Of a DNA stretch of 64,000 nt, positions 48,701 through 60,600 are shown piece by piece (position 1 is the first letter of the stretch; the number at the start of each line of letters is the position of its first letter). Under the pieces are notes generated by a model. That model saw nothing but the letters and a program-made list of their open reading frames with translations, did no database searches and was not told the DNA's origin. Both the position numbers and the translations under genes were made by a program. Source of the DNA: Bilabrum cf. latius (Eukaryota); NCBI GenBank assembly GCA_965178125.1, contig OZ237746.1:186001-250000 (forward strand), written 5' to 3'.

Positions 48701-51700
48701 TCCGCACGCTTTGCGGCCTCCCTCGCTTTCTTCGCGGCTGCCAGCTCTACACGCTTTGCAGCCTCCCTCGCTTTCTTCGCGGCTGCCGCTGCAGCCTCCT
48801 TCGCTATCTTCGCAGCTGCCAGCTCTGCACGCTTTGCAGCCTCCCTCGCTTTCTTCGCGGCTGCCAGCTCCGCACGCTTTGCAGCCTCCCTCGCATTCTT
48901 CGCGGCTGCCAGCTCCGCACGCTTTGCAGCCTCCCTCGCTTTCTTCGCGGCTACCAGCTCCGCACGCTTTGCAGCCTCCCTCGCTATCTTCGCAGCTGCC
49001 AGCTCCGCACGCTTTGCAGCCTCCCTCGCTTTCTTCGCGGCTGCCAGCTCCGCACGCTTTGCAGCCTTCCTCGCTTTCTTCGCGGCTGCCGCTGCAGCCT
49101 CCTTCGCTTTCTTCGCGGCTGCCAGCTCTACACGCTTTGCAGCCTCCCTCGCTTTCTTCGCGGCTGCCAGCTCCGCACGCTTTGCAGCCTCCCTCGCATT
49201 CTTCGCGGCTGCCAGCTCCGCACGCTTTGCAGCCTCCCTCGCTTTCTTCGCGGCTGCCAGCTCCGCACGCTTTGCAGCCTCCCTCGCTTTCTTCGCGGCT
49301 GCCGCTGCAGCCTCCTTCGCTTTCTTCGCGGCTGCCAGCTCCGCATGCTTTGCAGCCTCCCTCGCTTTCTTCGCGGCACCTTCCGTAATACCTTTTACCA
49401 CTTTCACAGAACGTATTGCGGCACTCGATTCCTCCGGATCCATTTCATCATCCTCCGTGCAGCCGACCGCACTGTCATCAATGTCTTCATTACTAGTACC
49501 CTAGAGTATTCTGCCACAAAGCGCTGCGCCACCATTGACGGTGCTGCTGGGGACTGAACCGCTAGCGATAGTGTCGTGCAAACGGTATCGGGGTACTAAG
49601 CCGTCATCGATGAGCCGGATTGGAAGCTGTCGAGTCCGGACTAATCCTTGCAGGACTTCTGCCAGGGTGGTTGGTTTGCATCCAACAGGAAGGAACCTAC
49701 CGAAGTTGCTGCAGGTCCTTGTGAGAACAGTGTCGGTTTGCTGTGATCTAAACAGTGTAGAGCGGGACAGAACGTCGACCTGGCTGATCTCACGAGAATT
49801 CAAGTCGGCTACCGCGTCGGCAACTGCAAGGCAGAGCCCGCGCACCACTCGTGTAGCTTCAAAGCTTGCACCATGGACTACTGAGAGGCCAAAGAGATGT
49901 TCCTGAGGAGGTCTAGATCTACCTCTTCTCACAGTCTTGCCGGTCAAGACTTTCCGGGCTTGCAGTGCTTCACGGAGACAGTCAGAGCAACTCAAATGCT
50001 CCACTGCTCCATCACCAAGGCCCTTTGCTAGTCTGTAGTAGTTTTCCAACACGATCATCGGCAGGGTGCCGGTGACAGACAGGCAGGCAAGAAGGGTGCC
50101 AACACTCTTAGGCCTGCTCCCGTTTGGCACGTAGCTGCCGAGTCTTGTCGACTGCTGGGCTATCAACCTGTTGAAGTTGATCCCTTCCGAGTCGATCTAA
50201 AGGATCTTAAGGATGCCAATGAGAGAGAAGCACCCGTCTTGTGATATCCTTGCCGCTGCCCACGCAGCACGGCACACTTTGGTCACCATATCAACTACCA
50301 CGGGCGGCACCCCGCGAGCTGGTGCAACAGGGCGCATTCTGCACTTTGGCTAGAGCAAATCAAGCTAAGCTAGCATCGCCCTCAAATTCTTTTGTTTAAT
50401 CTGTTCGCGCGCTAGTTGCTTGGCAGCCCAGCGCGATGGCAATACGTCATCAGCGTCATGCGCCAGTCCAAATGTATTCTACGAGATCACACCGTCACTG
50501 AGAAGACGCACAGGTAGCCCTTCGGCTCTGAATAAGTGCTGACAGAGCTTGTAAAGTAGGAGTCTAGAGCGTCCACGGTCGGGGATAGAGGGAACATACT
50601 GCACAAGCAGGTGCTGCAGCCGCTGCAGCTCCTCTTCAACTGAGCACTCGATATTAAGAACATCTTGAAATTTGGAACGAATCGAAAGAAACGAAAAGCT
50701 GCCCCCACCAGCCGCGTGGGCTGCCTATCGCGCTGACACCAGCAGCTTTTCCATGAACAGCCGTGCGTCTCGAAGCATGGCGAGCGAGTCCGTGGCCTCC
50801 TTGGTGCCACGCACTGCACAAGCCGTAGGGTCGCCAAGAACATTGCTAGCAGCTACCATGTGGCCCCCTTGTTGAGTAGGTGCTAGTACACTTTCCTTGA
50901 TGTCAATTTTCGCTTGATTGCCTTCTTGTCCAGCAGCTGAGCCAGCAAGTGATGCAGTCGGATCGAACACTATTTGCGACCCATCCGGTGATTGGCGTAA
51001 CGGAACACCAGGGAATGTGCAGATATGCTTGAGACACGCAAGCATTGTCGGTGGCTTGGCTGGTTCTGGCATGATGCGCTACAAGCAGCGCTCTGCGCTT
51101 ACATCTCCAATTAGCGCAGCGCATGCATGCATGGTCAAATCGCCATCGAGAGGCAAGCGCGGCGACCGCTCGCTGGCTCTGCGGGCAGCAACCAGCACGT
51201 CCCTTATAGCGCGCCACATCTCATCCGTAAGACCTGGAGGACGAGACAAGCACTGGAAATCTAGGGAAGCTAGTGGCTCGCGCTACATGCTAAGCGAAAT
51301 GCGGTCTGCAAGCGTTTCTCCACTTGACAAATTGACGTCAGAATGCTTCTGATCGCTGCAAGATGAGAAACCAGCATCGGGCTCCACATCGGCTCCAGCA
51401 CCGGATGCTGCACCTGGTCTACTCGCTGCTGCAGCAGGCGTGCTTAGGATTTCCGCGGGCCGGTAGCTAAATAGTGTGGTTGACGCTACCTCACCGCCTT
51501 CACGCACGCACAGGCCATTGGACGGAAGCCGACAGAGCCGCACAAGCAGACGAAACGTTGTCGAAGGAAGCTTCGACTCATCATTCCCGCCTAGGATGGG
51601 ACCCAAGTGGCGCCGCACAATCAGCAACACCTCACCTGGGGGGAGGCCCCAGTCCCTCTGGTATCTCCGCGCGATCGCTCCTGCATTGCACATGCCGTCG

Positions 51701-54522
51701 ACAGACTCTTTGACTGCTGTTGCGGCTGACTATACGAGCGCAGTCACAAAGTGCTCCGCTTGAGAGATTCGTTCCTTCGTTGCAGTCTGCTGAGCGGCTC
51801 GAGCCCTAGATTCGTCGGCTAGAGTCGGCTGCTACACAGTTGGTACTCGACCGTTGTTGGCCCCTCTTTCCTCGTTCCACCGGTACTCATCGAGGTGTCC
51901 GACCGCGGAGAGCTGCGGGATCGCCGCGTTGAGACTCAGAGCTTGGAGGAGCTCTGCAAAATTAGATGGTAATGTGAATCCCGCCGGTGTGTATTCGTCC
52001 AGGTGGTTGCGCAATGCCCTGAGTGCCGCAATCCAGGTTTCGCCAAACCGGCCTGCCATCGGAGGGGGACTCTGGGACAGCTCCTCTTCAAAATGCTTGG
52101 CTTCAAAATCACCGTCGCGCGACAAGGCAACGCGTCGTGCGATTGCTAGAACTCCCTCAACGAGAACCTACACATGCCTTGCAGAGTGCCTTGGGTGGTG
52201 GATCTCAGGCGTCCGTCCGTGTGTGTCAGAGCTTGCATGGAAACGAGTTTTACTGTCATGTGGCGCCTGCCCCGCTTGCTGCACTTCCATGTCGCTTCCT
52301 GACGCAGCACTCCGCTGGCTCTACGCAGCACGAAGCCTGTCATCGATGTCCTTCTCCATCTGCTGGAACTATCGATGATCAGACGCTACCAGAGCGCGCA
52401 CCTTGCACTCGTCGGCCTCTGCTGCTTCCCTGGTTGCAACGTCGATGTTTGCCTGCCAGGACGAGTGTCGGTCCAGCACGATTCGCAATCGATCATGCAG
52501 CTCATTTACCCGGCGCCCGTAGGGGAAGTACATGCCTGGAAACATCTGAACAAGGACTTCTATCAGGCGTTTTGCGATGGCGAATGCCCGGAGCGCCCTG
52601 CGAGCAGGCCAGCCTACCTCGGCGTCAGCGAGCAGGGAAACACCGCTGAGCACGCAGTCGCTGGCCAAAGTGTCGCGCAAGCCTTCGCTCCCTAGCGAAG
52701 TTTCGGTCGTACTGGGGCCATCAGCCCCGGGGCGGCCGATGCTGAGGCTGCTCTCTGTCTCGGCCGCTGAAGCAAGATCGGTGCCGGCCTCCGGTCCGAT
52801 GTCCAAGGAACTTGCAGCCCTGTGGAAAACCTGATTTCGAATGCTTAGAGCCTGCATGCACGCGGATTCAAACGCTAGTATGTCTCGCGGGGGAATCTCC
52901 CGGGCCGTTGGTGCGTCCCGCCAGCTGCCTGTACTACTTGACAAGCCGTCGCTGGCAGCAGGCACACCCGGCTCGATCACAGGTGTTTCTGACTCACAAT
53001 TTCGATCGGCAGTGCCAATACAAATGCCAGAAGTAGTCTTATTTGCACCCGATTGATCTACAGAGTGACCACCGTGGGGTACAGCGTCGTCTGTCCTGTA
53101 CTGAACCGCCTTCGCGATGCCGCCACTGGCTTCACTGGCTCGCATGCAGGCAAGTACGCTACCTGAATGATCCATGCACGTTCGGAGCAAGGCTTGTATG
53201 TCCAAATCATGTCCTTGTATTTGTGATCGGGCTCGTGCTGCCGCAACGTGAGGAGCGAGCGCCTGCTGGAGCACCTGCTCGAGCCTTGTAATGTAGTCGA
53301 AGGGAGCGAGCTCGTAAGGATGCCAGAGTGTCCACGGAACCACGCTATCGTCGGACAATAACACTTCCATCGTCAAATACCCGGTACTGGCCTTCTACGA
53401 GGTGCTCCTGCCGGAAGTTTGGGTTGGGGCTGCAAATTGGGGCGCCTGGCCTGTCGCACCGTCTGACCGTGATCCTCGGACCGCACTTGCATCTGGGCCA
53501 GTGTCACGCATCGAATTATCTGAGGGTATGTACTCCGACCCTGGAACTGATCGTATAGTACCATGGGCTTCACAATGCATGACTGCAGCTAGATCTAGAC
53601 CACACCCAGCCGCTGCACAACTGAGACCGCCGACATCATCGCATTGGGCCTAGTCTTTTGATGCGGTGTACCCGTTCGATACTTGGAATGGCACCACAGA
53701 CGCTTCTGGATCATGTTTGATGCCATGCTGTCTCAGCAGCTACTAATGCAGCCGCTCCACGTTCCTGGCAAATACTCGCCCCGACGGCGCGTGAGCCGCT
53801 AACATCCAAGCAAGGGCCCGGCAATGACACAAAAGTCCTTCTAGAGCACTCATTCTGGGGCACGTCTGCGTCGTATGCCATTCTTCGTGGACGAACTCGT
53901 CCCTCACTGCAAGTGTGGCTTCGCTCGCCTCTGCTAGGATGTTGCAAGCTTCGTTATGAAGGTCCCGCGAAAGCGTCAATTTCGAACACGGGCCATAGCT
54001 CATAATGGCCCTGACAACGGCACTCGGTGTATCCAAGCATGTCTTCAACAGGATGTACAGGTCTTCTCCACCGCACGCAGCACCATATCCCTGACGAGCC
54101 TTTCTCACGAACACAAGTAAAGTGGATCTCAGTGTGTCCTCAATCCTTGCAAAGTAGTCGAACGCCTCAAGTCTGTAGCTTGCTGTGATGACGCCGATTC
54201 TTGCTGCGCATGCCTGGCTACCACCAACTATTTCGTCGCCGCCGTCGCCCGGACTGGCACCTTCGTGGTCGCTACAACACGCACTACTTGTCTCCGGCGG
54301 CTACTTTTCATTGTGCAGATTCTCGGGCGTATGCCATTTTTTGAATGAACTATTCAGCTATTCTTGAATGAGATCAGATGGGACCCACTTGACCTAGAAG
54401 CCGTTCCTAACTTGAGGACCACGATCTCCTTCGCAGGCTGCTTGTACCGAACGCATATAGTCGAAACCACGATTCATGACCGACTGGTTCGACTGTACAG
54501 TAGCTACACTGTAGGGCTGCAT
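45709..54522 (-). CDS. Large (~2,940 aa) repeat-rich protein with two HEPN-like domains, several copies of a possible LOTUS/OST-HTH-like domain, a charged helical repeat and a Gly/Pro-rich repeat
   Basis: One frame is open from 54624 to TGA 45709 with about 65 TAG and no TAA/TGA; first ATG is 54522. R-x4-H motifs: RDEFVH (53887-53904) and RNQVFH (52822-52839). The ORF is well supported; the domain identities are inferred. Confidence 0.75.
45737..46628. repeat. 334-bp apparently identical direct duplication (45737-46070 and 46295-46628)
   Basis: The two copies read the same at an offset of 558 bp (in frame) and duplicate the C-terminal domain 'FGTYVPDGMCPESVEELLNCLL'. Confidence 0.93.
46050..46260. 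repeat. 57-bp tandem repeat, ~3.7 copies (coding, DPSSDRGDAVSSSGPGPA-like)
   Basis: The unit ccgggccactgctggagacagcatcgccccggtcactgctcgggtcagcaggcc recurs at 57-bp period. Confidence 0.9.
46903..48633. repeat. 39-bp minisatellite, ~44 copies; coding on the minus strand as [TAG]GAPxPGGMGHAG
   Basis: Unit cccagcatgacccatgccacctggcccaggagcgcccta. The array is in frame with both flanks of the 45709-54522 ORF and has one TAG per unit. Confidence 0.97.
48687..49377. repeat. 51-bp tandem repeat with shorter variants, encoding AAKKAREAAKRAELA (charged alpha-helix/coiled coil)
   Basis: Repeated ttcgcggctgccagctccgcacgctttgcagcctccctcgctttc; corresponds to ORF 48607-49443(-). Confidence 0.93.
53244..53346. 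repeat. 103-bp dispersed repeat, copy B (copy A at 56857-56959)
   Basis: One mismatch seen against copy A; encodes SVVPWTLWHPYELAPFDYITRLEQVLQQALAPHV. Confidence 0.92.
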
Positions 54523-54655
54523 GCTATTCTTTGAATAACGAAAGCTAGATTCTGTGTGGAGTGAGAAGCGGCAATCCGGAATCCGGATTGGCCCCTGCTG
54601 ATGCCTCACCCCCCCAACAAGCGATCAATCGTAGAACTTTGAATAATTCCTGTAG

Positions 54656-57230
54656 TTAACTCCTACGATCAGATGTACTCCGCTAAATGAGGGTCCGCAA
54701 CCTGGGAGACATGCGAGCACGAGCCAGCCTCCCTCCCAGCTCTCCTGCCCTTCCCAGCAGCCGGAGCGCCGCCCGCACCAGCACCTGCACCCTCAGAGCC
54801 GCCTCTCCCGTGATCATGGGGTCCAGCATCTGCAGCCGCATCAGCTCTTCGGGGCCCACTGCGCCCATCTCTCGCAGCAGCATGGCCAGGTCCAGCGCAC
54901 CTTTCCCCCACAGCTCATCCGGAGACACGGCGGGGAGTGCCAGCATAAGCAGCTCTACCGCATCGAGCCGGAATGCTGCCTAGACGCTGAGACCGCCGGG
55001 AGCCGGCTAGGGCGGAGGCATGGGCCAAACACCGGAGGGTCCCGCACCTGCAGAGCGTACAGGTGTACTTCCACCTTGTGCTTGGGCCGGGTCACCACGC
55101 CTAGCAGCACCCCCTGCCCCGCTGAGGGGTCCACCAGCAGCATTCACCACCCCTTGCGGAGTCCCAGGCACAGCCCAACCGACCGCGTCTTGCTCACTCT
55201 CATCATCATCATCCTCACTCTCATCGTCATCCTCACTCTCATCCTCGGCATCATCCGAGTCTTCCTCCGGTCTCGGATCCAGCAGGAGCCCATGGGCCGG
55301 CAACTGCCCTGGTTCACCCGCCGGTCTCAACCTGAACCGTGCCCCGAACACGCTCGAGTCCCCGTTCCACTGCAGCAGCGGCCTCTCCGCAGCGGCGTGA
55401 TCCATCCCAGGCTCTGTATCGAGCCTAGCTTCAGGACGAGGCGAGCAGAGGCAGGCACGGGCCAGCACTGCCACCCACTGCAGTGGGGTGCCCCCACGGG
55501 GCCCCTGCAGGTCCGATGCGAACCGGCCGAAATCGCCTCCGATCTTTCTCCCAAAGAGCCGCTTGTAGTTGGCACCGATCTGCGCGTGCTGCGCCCAGCC
55601 GTCCTGGCTGACGCGGATGGCCGCCACTGTCGCGTCCTGCATGGCATCCACGAACGCCCCCGAGGTTCTGGGAGCGCGAGCACTACTACTGCCTGTGGAG
55701 GATGCTGCCTGTCTGAGTACCGCCGTTGGTGCGGGGCGGATGTCGGGATTGACCGCGCCCTCGATTCTGAAGATCGCGTCTTGGTTCGTTAAGCCGCCCG
55801 CGTGCGTCAGACCGTGGCCTCCCAGCTGCCCCAGGCAGATTAACAGGTTCAGCACGTTGCTCGGGCGTTCAGTCCCAGGAGGGAGGTATGCACCGAGTCC
55901 AGACTAGGCGCGTGCAAAGGACTCCCTCACTTTGCGGCCCGTTCGGCGCCTGAAGACCTGCCCGATATCCGTGCAGGTGAATTCTGCCTTGCCCTCTGAT
56001 GCAATATCACGCACGCATTGGAGCAGGGTTCGAATGAACTCGGCAGCGGGTTGAAAATCCACAGGTGGCTACCGGAGAGATTCCGTGGGGCCTGCGGCAG
56101 GACCCGACCCAATGGCAGGACCCGACCCAATGGCAGGACCCGACCCAATGGCAGGACCCGACCCAATGGCAGGACCCGACCCAATGGCAGGACCCGACCC
56201 AATGGCAGGACCCGACCCAATGGCAGGACCCGACCCAATGGCAGGACCCGACCCAATGGTTGGATCCTCACCCTCCCAATCCTCTTCCTCCTCCTCCTCC
56301 TCCTCCTCCTCTTCCTCCTCCTCCTCATCGTCATCATCTTCATCATTGTAACCGCTGTCCGTCTGCTCGGCTCGGGCCGCCCTAAACCTCTCCATTGCTG
56401 CGTGCAGCACCACTGCCCTGTCCACCTGAGCCTCCGCCTTCACCTCCTCGCCCATCGCCTCCGTCCGCTTCGTCTTGCTCGCCATGTGGTGCCGCATCTG
56501 CTCGTGCAGCCTCCGGATGGTTCGGGCGTGTATCTCCCCCTCGGGACAGTGAGCCCCAAGAACGGACCCCAGTGCCCTGGCCCGCTGGAACGCGGCGTTC
56601 ACGCGCTCGGGTGGCCACCGCTGGAACCTGCTGACTCGATGCGCCGATCCGTTCCTGACTCGCTGCAGGTATTCGCACGCCTCTTCGATGATGCCGCGTG
56701 CATCGTCGATGATCCGATCCCTCTCGCGATTGCTCCGGCAGAGGCCGTTCAGGACGAGCGCCAGTGTGAAGGCTCTCGGGTTCGAATTAATCGTCTTCAG
56801 GAGGTAGTACAGGTCCATGCCGCTACCCTGAGAGCCGTACACCTGTCTGGCAACATCAACGTGAGGAGCGAGCGCCTGTTGGAGCACCTGCTCGAGCCTT
56901 GTAATGTAGTCGAAGGGAGCGAGCTCGTAAGGATGCCAGAGTGTCCACGGAACCACGCTGCCATCGGACACGAACTCAACCGTGGAATACGCAGGTGGGT
57001 CGTATACACCTCTTCTGAGCTGGGGTTCAGGTCGCGACTCTGACTCGGAGCTCGCACAATCTCGTGCAGGGCCGGCAGCCCCCGCTGGCTCGTGAGCTGG
57101 TGAAGAAGCAAGACGACTTTCGCCGTCCCCCGGAGCCTCTGCTGGTACACCTAAAGAGGGTCTCGAGCTGGTACTTGGGCGTGATACACTTGTGGAAACT
57201 GCTTCGTTGCTTGCTTCGCGGGCAATGTCT
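54656..57230 (-). CDS. Paralogous protein with one HEPN-like domain (RNGSAH), acidic tract, IGSGPA repeat and two possible LOTUS/OST-HTH-like domains; 5' end unresolved
   Basis: One frame runs from ~57229 through TAGs at 56069, 55904, 55007, 54980 and 54683 to TAA 54656. There is no suitable in-frame ATG, so an upstream exon (possibly from ATG 57600) is needed. It might be spliced to the downstream ORF, but I found no phase-compatible junction. Confidence 0.65.
56096..56257. repeat. 18-bp perfect tandem repeat x9 (encodes IGSGPA on the minus strand)
   Basis: ggcaggacccgacccaat repeated nine times. Confidence 0.95.
56857..56959. repeat. 103-bp dispersed repeat, copy A
   Basis: Near-identical to 53244-53346. 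Confidence 0.92.
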
Positions 57231-57681
57231 CAATCGCCCCACGGAATCGTTCTAAGTCAGCAGTTGGTGATTCACTTCGTAGCATACGAATCAAAGCATC
57301 CCTTACATTGCCTACGCTTATGGTTGATGCACCTCTCTCCATGCCCGAGCCGCGCTGGCCAGTGGCGTGAGCTACTCCGTCAAAGTGTGCACGGCCTCGA
57401 GCCTGAATGTTTTCTCCCGGGTCCACCTCGGACAATGCAGCTCTACTCATTATATCTAAGTGTCTTATGGCTATAAATCTCTTCGTGTTGCCTGGTGTGG
57501 CTAGAGTTTGCAGGTGGGAATTCACCGTGGAAATATCATTCTTGGGCGCCGCGCATTTCATGGTTCCGCCGGCGTACTTCAAGTTTGGAATATTGACCAT
57601 TTGACAAAGCAGCGATGGGCGCCGACAGAACTAGGTATTAAGTGCAGGTAATCAACACAGTGCGTATCTAGTATTAGGCAG

Positions 57682-60600
57682 ATGCTTTCATTTGGATAGT
57701 TCAGCTCGAGAGTATCTGCTACGGCCTGGCGCGATGTGCAGCAGATCAAAGTCGACACGCTTCGGCTGTCAGAATCACCAATCTTGGTCCCATGGGTATT
57801 TCAATCAAGACGGGAGTTGGAGTATGCCGGCACCGCTTGCCTTGACCTGCATTATGTGCAAGCACAATCTCGTGATGCGTATTCACTCGACATGCCGGTG
57901 TTGGGCAAGCTGCGCATATTCAACTCCAAAGGGGCGATGCTAGCATCTGACAAGAAGCGAGAACTGGGCAGCTGTGCTACTGGGGTCCTTGCGTCCATTG
58001 CAGGCAGGGAGCCGCTGAATTCCAGCGACCTGTTCCATGTGCGCGTGCTCGCGTACGTCGACCCGAAACACCACAGACATATCCACTGGCTGGCAGCCCC
58101 AGCGATATTTATTAAATTCTTTGGACTAGACATGACAGGTGCCAGGCCGCATCCACAGCCGGCCGGGAGCAAGCTCGGCCCGGTTCGCATGTCTGCGAAG
58201 ATGGCGACCGCAGTGGGCGAGCAGCTGAAGTCGAGCGCAATTACCGAAAGCAGACCACTGGCAGCGGAACACAAGCGCGATGTTGTGCTAGCAAGCTCCA
58301 CGCCGGATGGTGCAGTGGACCCGACCGGCCAAGCATCGCAGCAGCCTGAGGAAGCAATGGCCGCAGGCACCGGGCCGCCCCTTTTTTTCTGGCTCGTGGC
58401 AACCGCCAGTGGGAGCGGCGAAGCGCCTGGCTCTGGCACCCTACCCACTGGTGGCAATAATAGCGCGAGGAATGCCACTAGCACGCTCCGCTGGACCGCC
58501 TACCCGCTTTCGGATGCAGGCAAAGCAGCCAGGCATGCACTGCACGGTACTGCACTGCCCGACTCGGCCGAAGCAGAAGCGGGAGAGTCAGCCGATGCAC
58601 TCGTCAGCGCGGCATGCGCCAGAGGCCCCGGTATGCTCGGTGGAGACTCGGAATCAGATCTATCACTGAAAGCGGCTAGGCCAGGTGCAGCGTGGGCAGC
58701 CAGCGCCAGCACCAGTACCAGCGAGGCAGAGGCAGGGGCAGGGGCAGGGGCAGGGGCAGGGGCAGGGGCAGGGGCAGGGGCAGGGGCAGGGGCAGGGGCA
58801 GGGGCAGAAGCGAAGGTCCCAGGGAACACACGCGCGGGCTGCCTGGTGCTGGGCTGTCTCGACCCCAGCCCAGACCCCTCCGTGCTCGGGTGGCCCATTA
58901 GGAACGCGCTCCTGGCCCTGCAGCTGAGGTGGAGGGTGGCCAGTGCCTGCGTCGCTGCGTGCCGGCTGGATGCGGCCGGTGCACTTAGTGTCGCAGGGGT
59001 ACAGAAGAATGAAGATGAAGATGGAGAAGGGGGAGAGGCGGACGGACATGCTCTCGCTGGTGATGGCAGCGGGAGAGCTTCTGTATCGTTAGGTGTGACG
59101 AGCTCCGATGCGGATGCCGCTGGCCCAGACAGAGGCAGCGCTCGTCACACCAGAAACAGGCGCGCAGCTCGGCTGGTGAGCATGCTGTGGTAGGTGCAGC
59201 TCCCGGCGGTTTCAGAGGAGCAGCTGCTCGACCTCCGACGATGGGCAGATGCCGTGAATGGCGATGCACCGGACCAGGGAACCGGTGCGCATGCTGCTGA
59301 TCCGGCAGCCGCCGCTGCTTGCGTTGGCTCGCCGGCACGTACCGCCCCTGCCGCCGCTACCTCCAAGAGGGACTCGCCGCCGGAGAAGCTGCCCTCGTGG
59401 ATCGGAGCCACCGGCTGGGAGCAGCGGAGGGTCAAGGTGAAGGTCCCGGGGCAGCCGGGGAAGTTCCGCTACCAGTACCGCGCGGCGCCCACGGTCACCG
59501 ACCTGGGCAAAGCCCTGGACCCTGAGGCAGCGGCCGAGCAGGGGGCGCGCCTAAACCTAGAGCTCATGCGCTGGAGGTAGATGCCCGGGCTCGACACCCG
59601 CATGGTGGCAAGCACGCGGTTCCTGCTGCTCGGGGCGGGCACGCTGGGCTGCTTCGTGGCGCGGTCCCTCGTGGCGTGGGGCGCGCGGCGCCTCACATTC
59701 CTCGACAGCGGAACCGTGTCCGCCTCCAACCCCGTGCGGCAGCCCCTTTTCGAAGCCAAGGACGCTGCGGAGGGGGGGAGGCCTAAAGCGCGAGCAGCCG
59801 CCGAGGCCATACGGCGGGTGCTTCCCGCCGTGGACGCGGCCGCGATTCGGCTCCGGATCCCCATGCCGGGGCACTCCGCGGGGCCCAAGGGGGGCAGGGG
59901 CCAGCGAGAGGCGATGGGGGCCCACGGGGAGCTGCTGCGGGCGGTGCGGAACCACGACGTGGTTCTTGTTCTAACGGACACAAGGGAGAGTCGCTGGCTG
60001 CCCACGCTCATGTGCGCCGCACTGGGAAAGCCGTGCCTGAACGTGGCCCTTGGGTTCGACTCGTGCGTGGTGATACGGAGCGGGTGCAGGGGGCCGGGAG
60101 AGACTGTCGAGGTAGGTGGTGTGACGAGTGATTCCGGTGGTGTGACGAGTGGCGCTGCTTCGGCGCCGGAGCACCCTGTCGTCAGCAAACCGCTGCCTTA
60201 GCCTTCATCGTCTTCGTTTTCCTCTTCGTCTTCCTCTTCGTCGCCCCGGCTGGGGTGCTATTTCTGCCAGGACGTGGTTGCCCCCGCAGACTCCACTCAG
60301 GGTAGGACCTTGGACCAGCAGTGCACGGTGACCAGGCCCGGCCTGGCACCCATCGCATCCGCGCTGGCCGCCGAACTAGCCGTTGGGCTTCTGCACCACC
60401 CGGCGGGCTTCCGGGCACCCCATGACGAGGGCGATGGAGGCGGAGGTGGGGGCGGAAGAGGAGGCAGCGGGGGCGCCGCTCGATCGGAGTTCGGTGCGAT
60501 GCCTCACTGCGCCCGGTTCTTCCTCCGTCGGTGGCAGCCGGTGCTGGGCGGCTCCCCGGCGTTTCCCGAGTGCACGGCCTGCGGCGACAGGGTCTGCGAG

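Noticed and set aside
46887-49557. Long ORFs 46939-49557(+), 46887-48644(-) and 46934-48130(-) as real genes
   Set aside because: These are stop-free shadows of the repeats. Only the TAG-containing frame joins both flanks.
45500-57650. Integrated virus, virophage or transposon
   Set aside because: No recognisable integrase, transposase, RT, capsid, packaging ATPase, terminal repeats or target-site duplication. The region uses the same TAG-sense code as its neighbours.
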